A stretch of DNA of 64,000 nt from an uncultured Candidatus Saccharibacteria bacterium (GCA_964493085.1 CAZBLV010000010.1:39537-103536); one strand, 5' to 3'; counted from the stretch's first letter, positions 36,017-45,552 are shown. The notes: generated by a model from the sequence alone, not told the origin. Made by a program: numbers and translations.

Positions 36017-36364
36017 ATGGTCAGAGTAAAAAGAGGGACAACTGCCCACAAGAGAAGAAAAAAAGTTTTAAAAGAAACTAAAGGATATCGCTGGGGAAGA
36101 AAATCGAAATACAAAGCAGCCAAAGAAGCTTTTCTGCATGCTCAAACCCATGCCTACACAGACAGAAAAAAGAAAAAAAGAACCAATCGCAGACTCTGGC
36201 AAACAATAATTAATTCTTTCTGCAGAAAAAACGGCATGACTTACAGCAACTTTTTCCATAGACTGAAAGAAAAGAAGATAGGGCTTAATAGAAAAGCGCT
36301 GTCGCAAATAACAAAAGAACATCCCGAACTAATGGAAAAGATCGTAGAAAAGGCAAAAGAATAA
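36017..36364 (+). CDS. rplT: 50S ribosomal protein L20
   Basis: MVRVKRG...KKVLK..KGY, AY.DRK.KKR..R.LW, LNRK. Confidence 0.97.
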   Translation: MVRVKRGTTAHKRRKKVLKETKGYRWGRKSKYKAAKEAFLHAQTHAYTDRKKKKRTNRRLWQTIINSFCRKNGMTYSNFFHRLKEKKIGLNRKALSQITKEHPELMEKIVEKAKE

Positions 36365-36398
36365 AAAACCACCTCTTAAACAAGGTGGTTTTTGGTTT
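36365..36398. terminator. Bidirectional terminator
   Basis: AAAAACCACCT-N8-AGGTGGTTTTT between convergent genes. Confidence 0.8.
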
Positions 36399-36400
36399 CT

Positions 36401-37804
36401 TTATTCATGGTTCAAAGCACAATCCATACAAAGATTGCCCTTGGGCAATCCTATGGCCCGAACTAAATCATCAATGGTGTTATAGGCTAAGCTGTCAACT
36501 CCCAAGAATTTCTGTTTTGCCTCAAGGTCGGGTTTTCTGCAAGACAAAACTTCTCCTCTTTTCGTGGTCATGCCCCAAGGACAGTAAGATCTAATCTCTG
36601 GATTGGAGGATCTGACATGAACTTCGCCAAACCCCATATCTCTCGCCTTAGGAACAAGGTTCTGCCGAAGCTGGGTGCCTCTGACCACAGAGTCTTCGCA
36701 CAGTACGGCCCGCAAAACAGAAAGATCGTCCCCGAAGACTTCAGCAAAAATCGCCAAGCCCTCTTTTATTTCCCCTTCTGTTTCGGCACTCTTGAGTATT
36801 TTAATAAAGGCCTCTCTTCTTCTTTTTTCATCGGTGGAGCGGGTAAAGCTCCTGCCGGAAAACCTGTATCTGTGAAGGTGCTCGTCGAGAAAAGGAACCC
36901 TGCTGATAGTTCCTCTCATCATCTGGCGAAGGAACTCATGGAAGTAGCCCAAGGCATGGATTCTCCCCGAATCCGGAACAGGCATGACTAAATGGGGAGC
37001 AAGCCCTTGTTCAATATCCCTTCTGGCGAGAAAGCCGCCCAGTCTTTTTCTGACCAAAGAGGAAGGGACACCGTAAAATCTGGCATTAGCAAAAGAAGTG
37101 TAAACCCAGAGAAAACTGCATATCTGGGTCTTTTTAGAAGGTATCTCTCCTTTCTTTTCCCACTTTCCGTCTTTTAAAAAAATTATCTCGCCCGGATAAA
37201 GGTCTCTGACAATCTCAAAACCGAAATTGTCAAAACCACCGGTTTCAGAAGCTAAAACAGAAGATCCGTCCCTTTGGCCTAAGACCAAAGGCCATCTTCC
37301 GTCGGCTGAAAGCGCAGCATAAATCCCCTCGCGAGTAAGAATTAAAACGGTATAAGCGCCTTCGACTCTCTTTGACAGCAATTTTAAGCCGTCAACAATA
37401 GTTTCTCCCTGGGCAACGATTCTTCCTATTATCTCAACATCCTCTCCCTTTTCAAAAATCTCGCCTGCGTTCATGAACTCCTCTAAAAGCTTTTCTGAAT
37501 TAATTATATTGCCGGAGAAGCAAATGCTCCATGGCCCGAATTTGGAATTAGCAAAAAAAGGTTCTTGGGCTGTTCCGCAATAGCCCAAAGCTGCTTTTCC
37601 TTTTAGGCCCTCTGTTTCTCGGCCGAAACAGTGGCGAAAGAGTCCGCGTCTGCACTCGCAAACAATATTATTTTTCCTTAAAACGGATACTCCTGACCAT
37701 TTCTCTCCCAAATGCTGGAGATAAGAAGTAAGCCAGAAAAAATCATTTGAGAAATTAACTTCTGGAATCTTAGGATTAACGCTTAGAGCCAACAAGCCAG
37801 CCAT
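36401..37804 (-). CDS. Amidophosphoribosyltransferase (PurF)-like protein lacking the N-terminal catalytic Cys
   Basis: LQHLG...SG, ASET, CSFLWVY, R.RLG..LA, PVPDSG, EDSVVRGT, EVHVR, CPWG, LCMDC; begins MAGL instead of MCGI. Confidence 0.88.
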   Translation of the reverse strand: MAGLLALSVNPKIPEVNFSNDFFWLTSYLQHLGEKWSGVSVLRKNNIVCECRRGLFRHCFGRETEGLKGKAALGYCGTAQEPFFANSKFGPWSICFSGNIINSEKLLEEFMNAGEIFEKGEDVEIIGRIVAQGETIVDGLKLLSKRVEGAYTVLILTREGIYAALSADGRWPLVLGQRDGSSVLASETGGFDNFGFEIVRDLYPGEIIFLKDGKWEKKGEIPSKKTQICSFLWVYTSFANARFYGVPSSLVRKRLGGFLARRDIEQGLAPHLVMPVPDSGRIHALGYFHEFLRQMMRGTISRVPFLDEHLHRYRFSGRSFTRSTDEKRRREAFIKILKSAETEGEIKEGLAIFAEVFGDDLSVLRAVLCEDSVVRGTQLRQNLVPKARDMGFGEVHVRSSNPEIRSYCPWGMTTKRGEVLSCRKPDLEAKQKFLGVDSLAYNTIDDLVRAIGLPKGNLCMDCALNHE

Positions 37805-37970
37805 TTTTTATTCCTTTCTTTTTTCAAAGAGCTTCCTGTCCGGACAGAGACCGCTTTCTTCCTTCCAATTGTGTCCTCCGATCTTTTATCGTTCTGGAGA
37901 AAAGGTGCCATATCGCCGCCCGGAGCTTTGGCCGGGCAGCCGAACTCGCATCTGTTTTTATCTTATCATG
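37805..37970 (-). promoter_or_regulatory. Structured GC-rich 5' leader of the purF-like gene with boxA-like element and SD
   Basis: TGaTAAGAT -10 element; hairpins GCTGCCCGG/CCGGGCGGC and CGAT-AAAAG-ATCG; palindrome CTGTCCGGACAG; GCTCTTTGAAAA (37832-37821); AAAGGA. Confidence 0.55.
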
Positions 37971-38043
37971 CTTCTTTAAAAAGAAAACCCCGCCTTATTT
38001 CTCGCGAGTCTATGCTCCCTGGCGCCCGAAAAGAGGATCTGCT

Positions 38044-38487
38044 TTATTCAGTCAGGTATTTGTGAGCTTTTTCTAAAATTTCCTTGGTCTTCTTAAAAGT
38101 TACTTGCTCTTTTGCCTCTTTAAAGGGAAGCCACTTATACCCTTTATGCTCTGAAGAAAGCTTTATTTCTTTTGTCTTTGTCTCTGCTAAGTAAAAACTA
38201 ACTATTTTAAAAACCAAAGGAGCGGTTTTTCTCTTTTCTTTGGAAAGATTATAGGTTTTACGGAAAAAATACTTAATCCATTCCTTAAAACCTTCTATGA
38301 ACCTAAGGTCTTTTATGCCCGTCTCTTCTTCTGTCTCTCTTTTGGCGGCTTCTTTGGCTGTTTCTCCTTGCTCGACATGGCCCTTGGGAAGATCCCAATG
38401 GCCGGCCTCATAATGCAAAAGGAGATAATGTATTTTATCTTCTTTTCTTCTGAAAATAACGACTCCGGCAGATTCTTCTTTGGGCAT
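38044..38487 (-). CDS. NUDIX hydrolase (Ap4A hydrolase-like)
   Basis: SAGVVIFR, WDLPKGHVE.GE....AA.RE..EETG, LSSEH..Y.W. Confidence 0.9.
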   Translation of the reverse strand: MPKEESAGVVIFRRKEDKIHYLLLHYEAGHWDLPKGHVEQGETAKEAAKRETEEETGIKDLRFIEGFKEWIKYFFRKTYNLSKEKRKTAPLVFKIVSFYLAETKTKEIKLSSEHKGYKWLPFKEAKEQVTFKKTKEILEKAHKYLTE

Positions 38488-40200
38488 TTATTTTAATGAT
38501 TTTAAAAACTTATCTAAGGATTTTGTATTGATAATGTCTTTTTTTTCGGCCCAGCCCCTTCTTGCCTGGGCTATGCCAAATTCCATAAAATTTATCTGCT
38601 CTTTCTGATGGGCATCGGTGCTTATTATCATCTTTACTCCGGCCTCCTTGGCTTGCCTGATATGGTCGTCTTTCAAATCAAGCCTTACAGGGAAAGAATT
38701 TATCTCCAACACTGTCTTGGTTTCTCTGGCTTTCCTCAAAATACTTTCAAGGTTAATCTCATAAGCGTCTCTTTTTTGGATCAATCTGCCAGTGGGATGG
38801 GAAATAATATCAATATTAGGATTTTCCATGGCTTTGATTATCCTTTTTGTCATTTCTTCTTTGCTCATTTTGAAATTAGAGTGGATTCCGGCTATCGCAA
38901 AATCAAGCTCAGCTAAAGCTTCTTCCTCAATGTCGATTGATCCGTCTTTTAAAATATTGGCCTCGCAGCCCTTCAGCACCTTAATTCCTTTTATGTCTTT
39001 GTTTATCTTATCTATCTCCTGGTTTCTTTTTCTTAGTTGTTTTTCGTCAAGCCCCCGTTCTATTTTTAAAAATTTGGTGTGATCTGCTATGCCGACATAT
39101 TTATATCCCATGTCTTTCGCTTTTTGGGCAATCTCTCTGATAGAACTCACTCCTCCGTCCCAGTCAGAATGGCAATGAAGATCCCCCTTAATATCTTTGT
39201 ATCCTATCAATCTTGGAAGCTTTCCTTTCCGGGCTGCTTCTATCTCTCCCTCATCCCTTCTTATTTCCGGAGGGAAAAGAGGAAGGCCTATGGCTCTATA
39301 AACCTCTTCTTCTGTTCTCCCCGCCAATTGCTTTTTCTTTTTAAAAACTCCGTACTCGTTAAGCTTTAATCCTTTTTCTGCCGCTATCCTTCTTGTTGCT
39401 ATATTGTGGTCTTTGTTGCCTGTAAAATACTGGAGAGCCGATCCGTAACTTTTTCTCGGCACTATTCTTAAATCAATATCCAGGCCCTCTTTAGTCCTTA
39501 CAGATCCCCGGGTAGTTCCTTTTCCCCAAACTTTTATTACTTCTTCCATGGAAGTGAAAAATTCCATGAGTTTTTTGGGATTAGAAGAAATTGCTAAAAT
39601 ATCAACATCCCCTATGGTTTCTTTTTTCCTTCTTACGGAGCCTGCCACGCTTATTTTTTCTACTTCTTTTAGTTTCTCGAGGTTTCTTGTTATCTCTTCA
39701 ACTGCTGGCATAATCTTTCCCAAGAGAAACCTTCCCCTGCTTTTTTTAACAAACTCTATGCCTTGAAGAATGTTTTCTTCTGTCTTTTTTCCAAATCCCT
39801 GCAAGTCTCTAATATCTCCCTCCCTGGCTGCCTTTTCTAAGCTTTTAAGATTTGAAACTCCCAGCTTCTTGTAGAGTATTTTCGCCTTTCTCGGCCCCAT
39901 GCCCTCAACAGAAGTAATCTCTTCCAGATCCAAAGGAAGCTTCTTCTTAAGATCTTCGTAATACCCTATCTTCCCTGTTTTTATATATTCTTCTATTTTT
40001 TCTGCTATGCTCTCTCCTACCCCTGGAATGTTCTTTAGGGCTTTTAACCCGCCCTTTTCGTAAATGTTTTTTACGTCCTTGCTCATCCCTTCTAAAGCAA
40101 AAGCTGCTCTCTGGTAGGCCCGGGGCTTAAAGGGGGTGTCTTCCATTTCCAGGTATCTGGAGACGTCCCGAAAAATTTTCGACAGCTGCTTGTTTACCAT
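38488..40200 (-). CDS. polX: DNA polymerase X with PHP domain
   Basis: IPGVG, AGSVRR.KETIGDVD, YFTG.K.HN, GDLHCHS, HPTGR, TDAH. Confidence 0.95.
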   Translation of the reverse strand: MVNKQLSKIFRDVSRYLEMEDTPFKPRAYQRAAFALEGMSKDVKNIYEKGGLKALKNIPGVGESIAEKIEEYIKTGKIGYYEDLKKKLPLDLEEITSVEGMGPRKAKILYKKLGVSNLKSLEKAAREGDIRDLQGFGKKTEENILQGIEFVKKSRGRFLLGKIMPAVEEITRNLEKLKEVEKISVAGSVRRKKETIGDVDILAISSNPKKLMEFFTSMEEVIKVWGKGTTRGSVRTKEGLDIDLRIVPRKSYGSALQYFTGNKDHNIATRRIAAEKGLKLNEYGVFKKKKQLAGRTEEEVYRAIGLPLFPPEIRRDEGEIEAARKGKLPRLIGYKDIKGDLHCHSDWDGGVSSIREIAQKAKDMGYKYVGIADHTKFLKIERGLDEKQLRKRNQEIDKINKDIKGIKVLKGCEANILKDGSIDIEEEALAELDFAIAGIHSNFKMSKEEMTKRIIKAMENPNIDIISHPTGRLIQKRDAYEINLESILRKARETKTVLEINSFPVRLDLKDDHIRQAKEAGVKMIISTDAHQKEQINFMEFGIAQARRGWAEKKDIINTKSLDKFLKSLK

Positions 40201-40874
40201 GGCCTTCTGTTGACTTTTCTGTAGATCTTTTTAAAAGGAAGGATATCAAGGTACCAAGAAAAGATATCTTTTAGGCCGGGGCCCATGGGCAGAATATCCT
40301 TGCGTATCAGCAACAGTAAAAGGCAGGCGAACAGAGTAAGCACTCCTACTAAAATAAAGATGATCTCAAACCCGAAAGTAGCAGCTATTAGCCCTCCGGC
40401 CCCCCCCGTAAGACCGGTAGCAAACCCCAAAAAAGTGCTGTCCATAGCCCACTCATAGGCCTCTTGTCCTTGGTCTATGTGGCGGGTAAAAAGGGCGTTC
40501 CACGAAGGAATAACAAGAGCCATTCCCACGGCATGGACCATTTGGATAATATATATGTGCTCGGGAGCGGTGGCAAAAAGAAAACCGAAAGGGGCAAGTC
40601 CGTTAATAAAAAGGCCCAGTATCATTATCCAGTAATCATCTTTGTCCCCGACCACTTTGTCAAAATACTTGCTGATGGGAATCTGCAACAAAGATTTTGG
40701 CAGCCAGTAAATAAGAACGGAGAATCCGGCAATCTGCACCGCTTTAGCGGGACTGGGAACAATTTCTTGCAAGATAAAAATGGCAAAAATGGGAGACAGA
40801 AGGCCCCACCCGCCCAATAAAAAAAAGTCGCTTGCTATTAAAAATCTTATAACCCTGTTCATTTTTTGAGCCAT
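40194..40874 (-). CDS. Half-size MFS-type membrane protein
   Basis: About 6 TM segments; PIFAIFI, QIPI..YFD, P.W.ALFTRHID. Confidence 0.75.
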   Translation of the reverse strand: MAQKMNRVIRFLIASDFFLLGGWGLLSPIFAIFILQEIVPSPAKAVQIAGFSVLIYWLPKSLLQIPISKYFDKVVGDKDDYWIMILGLFINGLAPFGFLFATAPEHIYIIQMVHAVGMALVIPSWNALFTRHIDQGQEAYEWAMDSTFLGFATGLTGGAGGLIAATFGFEIIFILVGVLTLFACLLLLLIRKDILPMGPGLKDIFSWYLDILPFKKIYRKVNRRPW

Positions 40875-40877
40875 AAT

Positions 40878-41282
40878 CTATTTTTTAACAATTGTTATCT
40901 TTATTTCTCTCTGGCGGGGCCTGTTGTCAAAATCCAAGAAAACAATCTGCTGCCAGGTTCCTAAAAAAAGTTTTCCTTTTTCTATCGGAACAGCCAAAAA
41001 GGGCCTTATTAAAGCAGATCTTACGTGGGCATACCCATTGCAGTCTCCCCACTTTTTGCAGTGCTCGTAATCCTTATTCTGAGGGACTAGCCTGTCCAAA
41101 GCTTCTTTAAGGTCTTGAACAACTCCTTCTTCGTATTCTATGGTCGTTAGTCCGCAGGTAGATCCGGGGCAACAAATTAAACAAATTCCTTCTTTTGTCC
41201 CTGTCTTTTTCAGAGTCTCTGAAACTTTATCGGTTATATCTACAATATCGTTAAACCCCTTGGTAGAAAGATTAAATTTCAT
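40878..41282 (-). CDS. YjbQ/UPF0047 family protein
   Basis: DIT..V, GST....E, NG.AHVRSAL, LGTWQQI...DFD. Confidence 0.92.
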   Translation of the reverse strand: MKFNLSTKGFNDIVDITDKVSETLKKTGTKEGICLICCPGSTCGLTTIEYEEGVVQDLKEALDRLVPQNKDYEHCKKWGDCNGYAHVRSALIRPFLAVPIEKGKLFLGTWQQIVFLDFDNRPRQREIKITIVKK

Positions 41283-42301
41283 TGCTTGATTATACTAAAT
41301 CGTTTTTTCTGCTCCAAGCCCTTAAATATATTAAGCCCAATCCTCCAAAGAAAAATGATCCCCACAAGAGTCAAAATGGCATCTGCCCCCCTTATTACAA
41401 AGCCAAATCCCAGTCCGGCAGCAGCTCCCCTGCCCAGCGCCTGAAAAGCGAATACCTGTCCTGCCTCCAAAGCTCCCAAACTAGCAGGCAAAGGGAAAAG
41501 ATAAGAAAGGTAAAGAATAAACATTACAGCCAAGGAAATCTGAACATCAAACCTCCCCCCCAGAAAGTATATTATTAAGGCAATCCGAAAGAAAATACTT
41601 AAATATTTTAAAAAAGAAAGTCCTAAGGCTTTCCAGAAAAAAATCTTTTTGCAGTTTAAAAAAGCTGTCATGGATTTCTCCACATTCCATATTGTCTGAT
41701 TGTCCTGCTTTTTTATTCTAAGCAGTTTTAAAAACCAGACAAGCAAACTCTTTTTCTGATACGTCCAGAAAAAGAAAAAAGAAAGGACAACAACAAAAAA
41801 GGCTGTTATAGATAGAATCGCTATTTTAAAAAAGCCGGAAAGAGAAGTGGTAGAAAACAAGAAAACAACAGCCCCAAAAATCAAAAAAAAGAACAGGGCG
41901 ATCATGTCCAGCACTTCGCCGATGACGACAGAGGAAACATTTTTGTGCCAGGGCAAAGAAAACTTTTTCTTGGCAGCAAAAACCCTAAATCCCAAATTCC
42001 CCAAAAAGGCAGCAGGGGAAAATATGTAACTGATAGAAAAAGCAGCAATGACCACTGCAATCAGACTTTTAAGGGAAGTTTTGCAGCCCAGACTTTTCAA
42101 GATAAAATGCCACTTCCCGGCCCCCACTATCCAGATAAAAAAAGTGATAACTAAAACAAAGATTCCCTTTATGCTAGCGAAATTAATTAAAATCTCCTTA
42201 ATCTCTTTAAGTCCCACTATTTTGACTATCCAGAAAAGTATTCCTAGTCCTATTAAAAAGGAAATTGTCAGCCCTAAGGTTTTTTTTGTTTTCTCCATCA
42301 A
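41279..42301 (-). CDS. Lysylphosphatidylglycerol-synthase TM (flippase-like) membrane protein
   Basis: Multi-TM protein with KW..IL and P.PASLGALE. Confidence 0.8.
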   Translation of the reverse strand: MMEKTKKTLGLTISFLIGLGILFWIVKIVGLKEIKEILINFASIKGIFVLVITFFIWIVGAGKWHFILKSLGCKTSLKSLIAVVIAAFSISYIFSPAAFLGNLGFRVFAAKKKFSLPWHKNVSSVVIGEVLDMIALFFFLIFGAVVFLFSTTSLSGFFKIAILSITAFFVVVLSFFFFWTYQKKSLLVWFLKLLRIKKQDNQTIWNVEKSMTAFLNCKKIFFWKALGLSFLKYLSIFFRIALIIYFLGGRFDVQISLAVMFILYLSYLFPLPASLGALEAGQVFAFQALGRGAAAGLGFGFVIRGADAILTLVGIIFLWRIGLNIFKGLEQKKRFSIIKQ

Positions 42302-42306
42302 ATAAA

Positions 42307-42960
42307 CTAATTGTCTTTAGGAGGAAATTGCTCGTCTATTTGGGCGAGAAAAGATACTAGAGCGGGATCATAAATAATCTCTTTTGCCCACCTTGCCCAG
42401 AGCCTTCTCCTGATTTTTCCCTGTTTTTTCCAATATTCCATGCCCTGCAGATAATTTTCCATTTTATCTATTTGTTTGACAAACCTTCCTTCCGGACTCC
42501 TTCCTTCTTCAAAGTCCTTCCAAAGTTCTATAATCTCTTTTGCAAGCTTTGGAGAAAGCGGGGCAACTACTTTCTGCAGCCCTTTAAGCTCTCTGTCGTA
42601 TTTTTTTTTGTCCTTGTCTTTTTTTTCAGAAAGAGTGAAAGTGGGCCATTTATCCAAAACTTTTTTTATCTTTTTCTTATCCTTCAAATTTCGAGGCAGC
42701 AGAGGATCGTAGGGGGTTTCATCTCCGGAGTAAACCTCGCAAATATCGTGGATTAAGGCCGTTTTCAAAACCCTCTCTAGGTTTAGCTCTTCTTTCTTGC
42801 GGCCCAAAACCCAAGCCATCATTGCTGTCCTGAAAATGTGGTCGGCTGTGCTTTCTCTATCCTTAAAGCCATGGGCCACCCAGCCCCGCCTGTCTTTATT
42901 CTTGAGCTTTCCTATTTTGCCTAGAAAATCAATTATGTTTTTTAATCTTTTCTTGTCCAT
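42307..42960 (-). CDS. HD-domain 5'-deoxynucleotidase-like protein (HDDC2/YfbR family)
   Basis: LK...R.GW, ES.ADH..R, ALIHDICE...GD, VKQIDK.E. Confidence 0.88.
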   Translation of the reverse strand: MDKKRLKNIIDFLGKIGKLKNKDRRGWVAHGFKDRESTADHIFRTAMMAWVLGRKKEELNLERVLKTALIHDICEVYSGDETPYDPLLPRNLKDKKKIKKVLDKWPTFTLSEKKDKDKKKYDRELKGLQKVVAPLSPKLAKEIIELWKDFEEGRSPEGRFVKQIDKMENYLQGMEYWKKQGKIRRRLWARWAKEIIYDPALVSFLAQIDEQFPPKDN

Positions 42961-43024
42961 ATTGTATTATTATAGCAACAAAAAGCCCCACTTGAAAAGC
43001 GGGGCTGGAATTGCAAAAACAAAA

Positions 43025-43501
43025 TCAGGAGGTCTTGTATTTTATTTTTTTAATTTTATAAACAGTTTCTATGGGTGAAGAAACCGAAACTTGCTCTCCC
43101 TGCTTAGCTCCCAAGAGGGCTCTTCCTACAGGAGAGTCGCTGCTTATTTTCCCGGCTTCCGGATTAGCTTCCATTGTGCCCAGTATCTGAAACTCGTCTT
43201 CTTGACCGTTAACCTCTACTGTTACGAAAGCCCCCAAATCCACACAGTCCTTTCTTGACTTGGGGGGAGATTTGATTACTTTTGTGTTTTTTATAACATT
43301 TTCCAGTTCGGAAATTCTTGCCTCCAGAAGATCAAGATCTTCCTGGAAAGAAATATAGTCAGGATTTAAATCTTCGGATTCCCAAATATTAGGAACTTCG
43401 CTGTGAGTTTTAGCGAACTTTGCCTTTTTCAAACTTTCACACTCCTTCTTAACTTCTTTTAGTTTTTTGGGAGTCAAATAAAAGACTCTTTCTTCTTCCA
43501 T
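43025..43501 (-). CDS. greA: GreA/GreB-family elongation factor
   Basis: YLT, LEARISELE, VDLG..V, EANP..GKIS..SPVGRALLG; the usual GDLSENAEY motif is divergent here (SEDLNPDY). Confidence 0.82.
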   Translation of the reverse strand: MEEERVFYLTPKKLKEVKKECESLKKAKFAKTHSEVPNIWESEDLNPDYISFQEDLDLLEARISELENVIKNTKVIKSPPKSRKDCVDLGAFVTVEVNGQEDEFQILGTMEANPEAGKISSDSPVGRALLGAKQGEQVSVSSPIETVYKIKKIKYKTS

Positions 43502-43769
43502 GGCGTTAAAATTAATTTTTTTCCTGGTGGATTGGACAATAGCAGATTTAAATCCCATTTTTATAAGAGGTTAGGTTTCTATTTTATCTTTTTATATGCC
43601 TTTGTCAAGTGCAGTTTTTAAAAGATACCTTGGGGACTTTTTTTATTTCTTTTATAAACTCTCCCAGGATTTTAATTTTATTTTTTCTAGATTATTTGTC
43701 AAGTGTGGAAAACCAGACTAAAACCCCTTTGCCAGGGGGCTGGAAAAAAACATATTTTTTTAAGGTCTT

Positions 43770-44717
43770 TTACATAAAGTATTCGCACTCATCGCATTTT
43801 TCCTGGCAAAGACACTTGTTTTTTTCCAAAAAACTGGCTGGAATATGGCCGGCAGGAATTATGGGAAGCTCTCCTATGTCAGTTTCAAGATTCCTCACCC
43901 CTTCTTCTGATCTTATCTGTTTTTTAATAAGGTCATTTACTCTTTTCAGGTTTGGAGAGACCAAACCGATAACCAGATTATGGTGGTGGCCGGAGGGAAG
44001 CCTAACCAAGTTATAAACCATAGGGCAATTCTTGAATTTATCAATCATTCTGTCTACCACTTTAGCCGGGGCTTCCAAAGAGATGCTGGCGCTGACTTTA
44101 TAAAATCTTGATATTTTAAGAAGGCCTTGGATTTCTAAAAAATTATTCCCCATCATTTTCTCCACTCTTTTCCTGGCTCCCATGGGAGTAAGGCCGGTTT
44201 CTTTAGCTATTTTAACAAAACTCGTTCTGCCGTCCTGAACCAGCATTCTAAGAATCTGGCGGTCAATCTCGTCCAAGTCTTTAAGCTCCCAAGATTCAGG
44301 AACAGGATAATCTTCAACAGAAAAATCCGCCACCTTTACCCGATCGCACAAAACAGCAAACTTAATGTCCCCTATTCCCAGTCTCTTTTTCTTTTTTCTT
44401 AAAACCGACATGGCTGTTCTGTAGGCCTTGCCGGTAACAATATCGTTGTCTATTACCAAAACCTTTCTGTTTTTAAGCTTTTTTTCCTCCAGGCCCTTCC
44501 CGTAATCATCCATGGTAGTCAGGTTAACATTGAGCCCTTTCTCTTTTTTAAGCCAATGATAAAGCCCTTCGGCATAAAAAATTCCGTCATCTTCCAGGCC
44601 TATTATACAAGCCCTGTCCTCTCCGAAATAATCTGTTATTTCTTTACCCAGCCCTTTAATAAATTTTCTGACTGGCTTAAGAGCCAAGAAAGAATTTCCT
44701 TTTGTATTGTTTGACAT
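43770..44717 (-). CDS. PRTase (PyrR-like) domain fused to an Lrp/AsnC regulator with a Cys-rich tail
   Basis: KVLVIDNDIVTG and KFAVLCDR (PRT fold); LDEIDRQIL..L..DGR.SF..IAKE.GL....R.RV (AsnC HTH); tail CLCQEKCDEC. Confidence 0.82.
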   Translation of the reverse strand: MSNNTKGNSFLALKPVRKFIKGLGKEITDYFGEDRACIIGLEDDGIFYAEGLYHWLKKEKGLNVNLTTMDDYGKGLEEKKLKNRKVLVIDNDIVTGKAYRTAMSVLRKKKKRLGIGDIKFAVLCDRVKVADFSVEDYPVPESWELKDLDEIDRQILRMLVQDGRTSFVKIAKETGLTPMGARKRVEKMMGNNFLEIQGLLKISRFYKVSASISLEAPAKVVDRMIDKFKNCPMVYNLVRLPSGHHHNLVIGLVSPNLKRVNDLIKKQIRSEEGVRNLETDIGELPIIPAGHIPASFLEKNKCLCQEKCDECEYFM

Positions 44718-45552
44718 AATATCTGATCAGCTCGTCCCTGATTTCAGGGTTAGAAGCTGCTATCAACAATTCTACTTTATCATGTTGCCGGCCGGGAAGA
44801 AAGCTGTACTCTTTAAAGCTGCCGTCTGAATTGACGCTGACTATCTCGCAGCCAGCTCTTTTTGCCATGAAAAAGCCAGAATCTATTTCAGATCTGGGCT
44901 CTTCGAACATAATGTAAGCGTCCACTAATCCGGCTGCTAAATAAGCATAGATATAAGAGCCCCCTTGAGGATAGAACAAGGCCTTGGGGTGAAGATTCTT
45001 TATCAAGTCTCCGAAGAAATCCAAAAACTTCGGAGAATATTCGGAGCTCATAATGTAGCTGGCCAGAACAACAGAATCCGTTAAGGTCTTTTTGGAAGAA
45101 GGAAATACTTTTCTTTTTTGGCCTTGGGAAACAAGATAATTCCCATCTTTTTCTGTAATATAGTATCTATTATTTAAAATATCGCCGATACCGGTAACCA
45201 GAGGCGTTCTGTCTTTGTCAAAAAAACTCAAAACCGTATACCAGTTTTGAGGAATGTCTTTCAAGAAAAGCATTGAGCCGTCAAAGGGATCGATGGCTCC
45301 ATAAATATGACTTCCGTTTTCTATGTCTCTGTTCTCGGGTTCAGAAAACACCGTAGCTTCAATTTTGTTCTTCTCTAAAATATCCTTTAAAACCTCTTCT
45401 CCCACTCTGTCAATTGATATTTCCATGTCTTCTGGCCTGTTGATTGTTTCTCCCAGCACTTTCTTCCCCTGGCCAAGCCGGACTGCTTTTTTTATTTCTT
45501 CTGCAGCCTTTAGCAAATACTCTTTAACAACTTCTCTCGTTTTTTCTTCCAT
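44677..45552 (-). CDS. Inositol monophosphatase/FBPase superfamily protein
   Basis: ID..GE, VFSE, IDPFDGS, LAAG.VDAY, D..G...A..AG. Confidence 0.85.
   Translation of the reverse strand: MEEKTREVVKEYLLKAAEEIKKAVRLGQGKKVLGETINRPEDMEISIDRVGEEVLKDILEKNKIEATVFSEPENRDIENGSHIYGAIDPFDGSMLFLKDIPQNWYTVLSFFDKDRTPLVTGIGDILNNRYYITEKDGNYLVSQGQKRKVFPSSKKTLTDSVVLASYIMSSEYSPKFLDFFGDLIKNLHPKALFYPQGGSYIYAYLAAGLVDAYIMFEEPRSEIDSGFFMAKRAGCEIVSVNSDGSFKEYSFLPGRQHDKVELLIAASNPEIRDELIRYYVKQYKRKFFLGS

Noticed and set aside
37985-38043. SRP RNA-like segment (GCCAGGGAGCA)
   Set aside because: It lacks the GNRA-capped domain IV stem between CAGG and AGCA; it is more likely an irregular terminator.
43560-43710. Possible boxA-type unit upstream of greA
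   Set aside because: Two tandem TTGACA..TAAAAT promoters explain the region. The GTATCTTTTAAAA match is weak in AT-rich DNA and has no SD or ORF after it.
44677-45552. SuhB, the Nus antitermination factor, as partner of the boxA-like motifs
   Set aside because: Only superfamily motifs are visible and the sequence looks closer to divergent IMPase/FBPase enzymes, so orthology cannot be supported.
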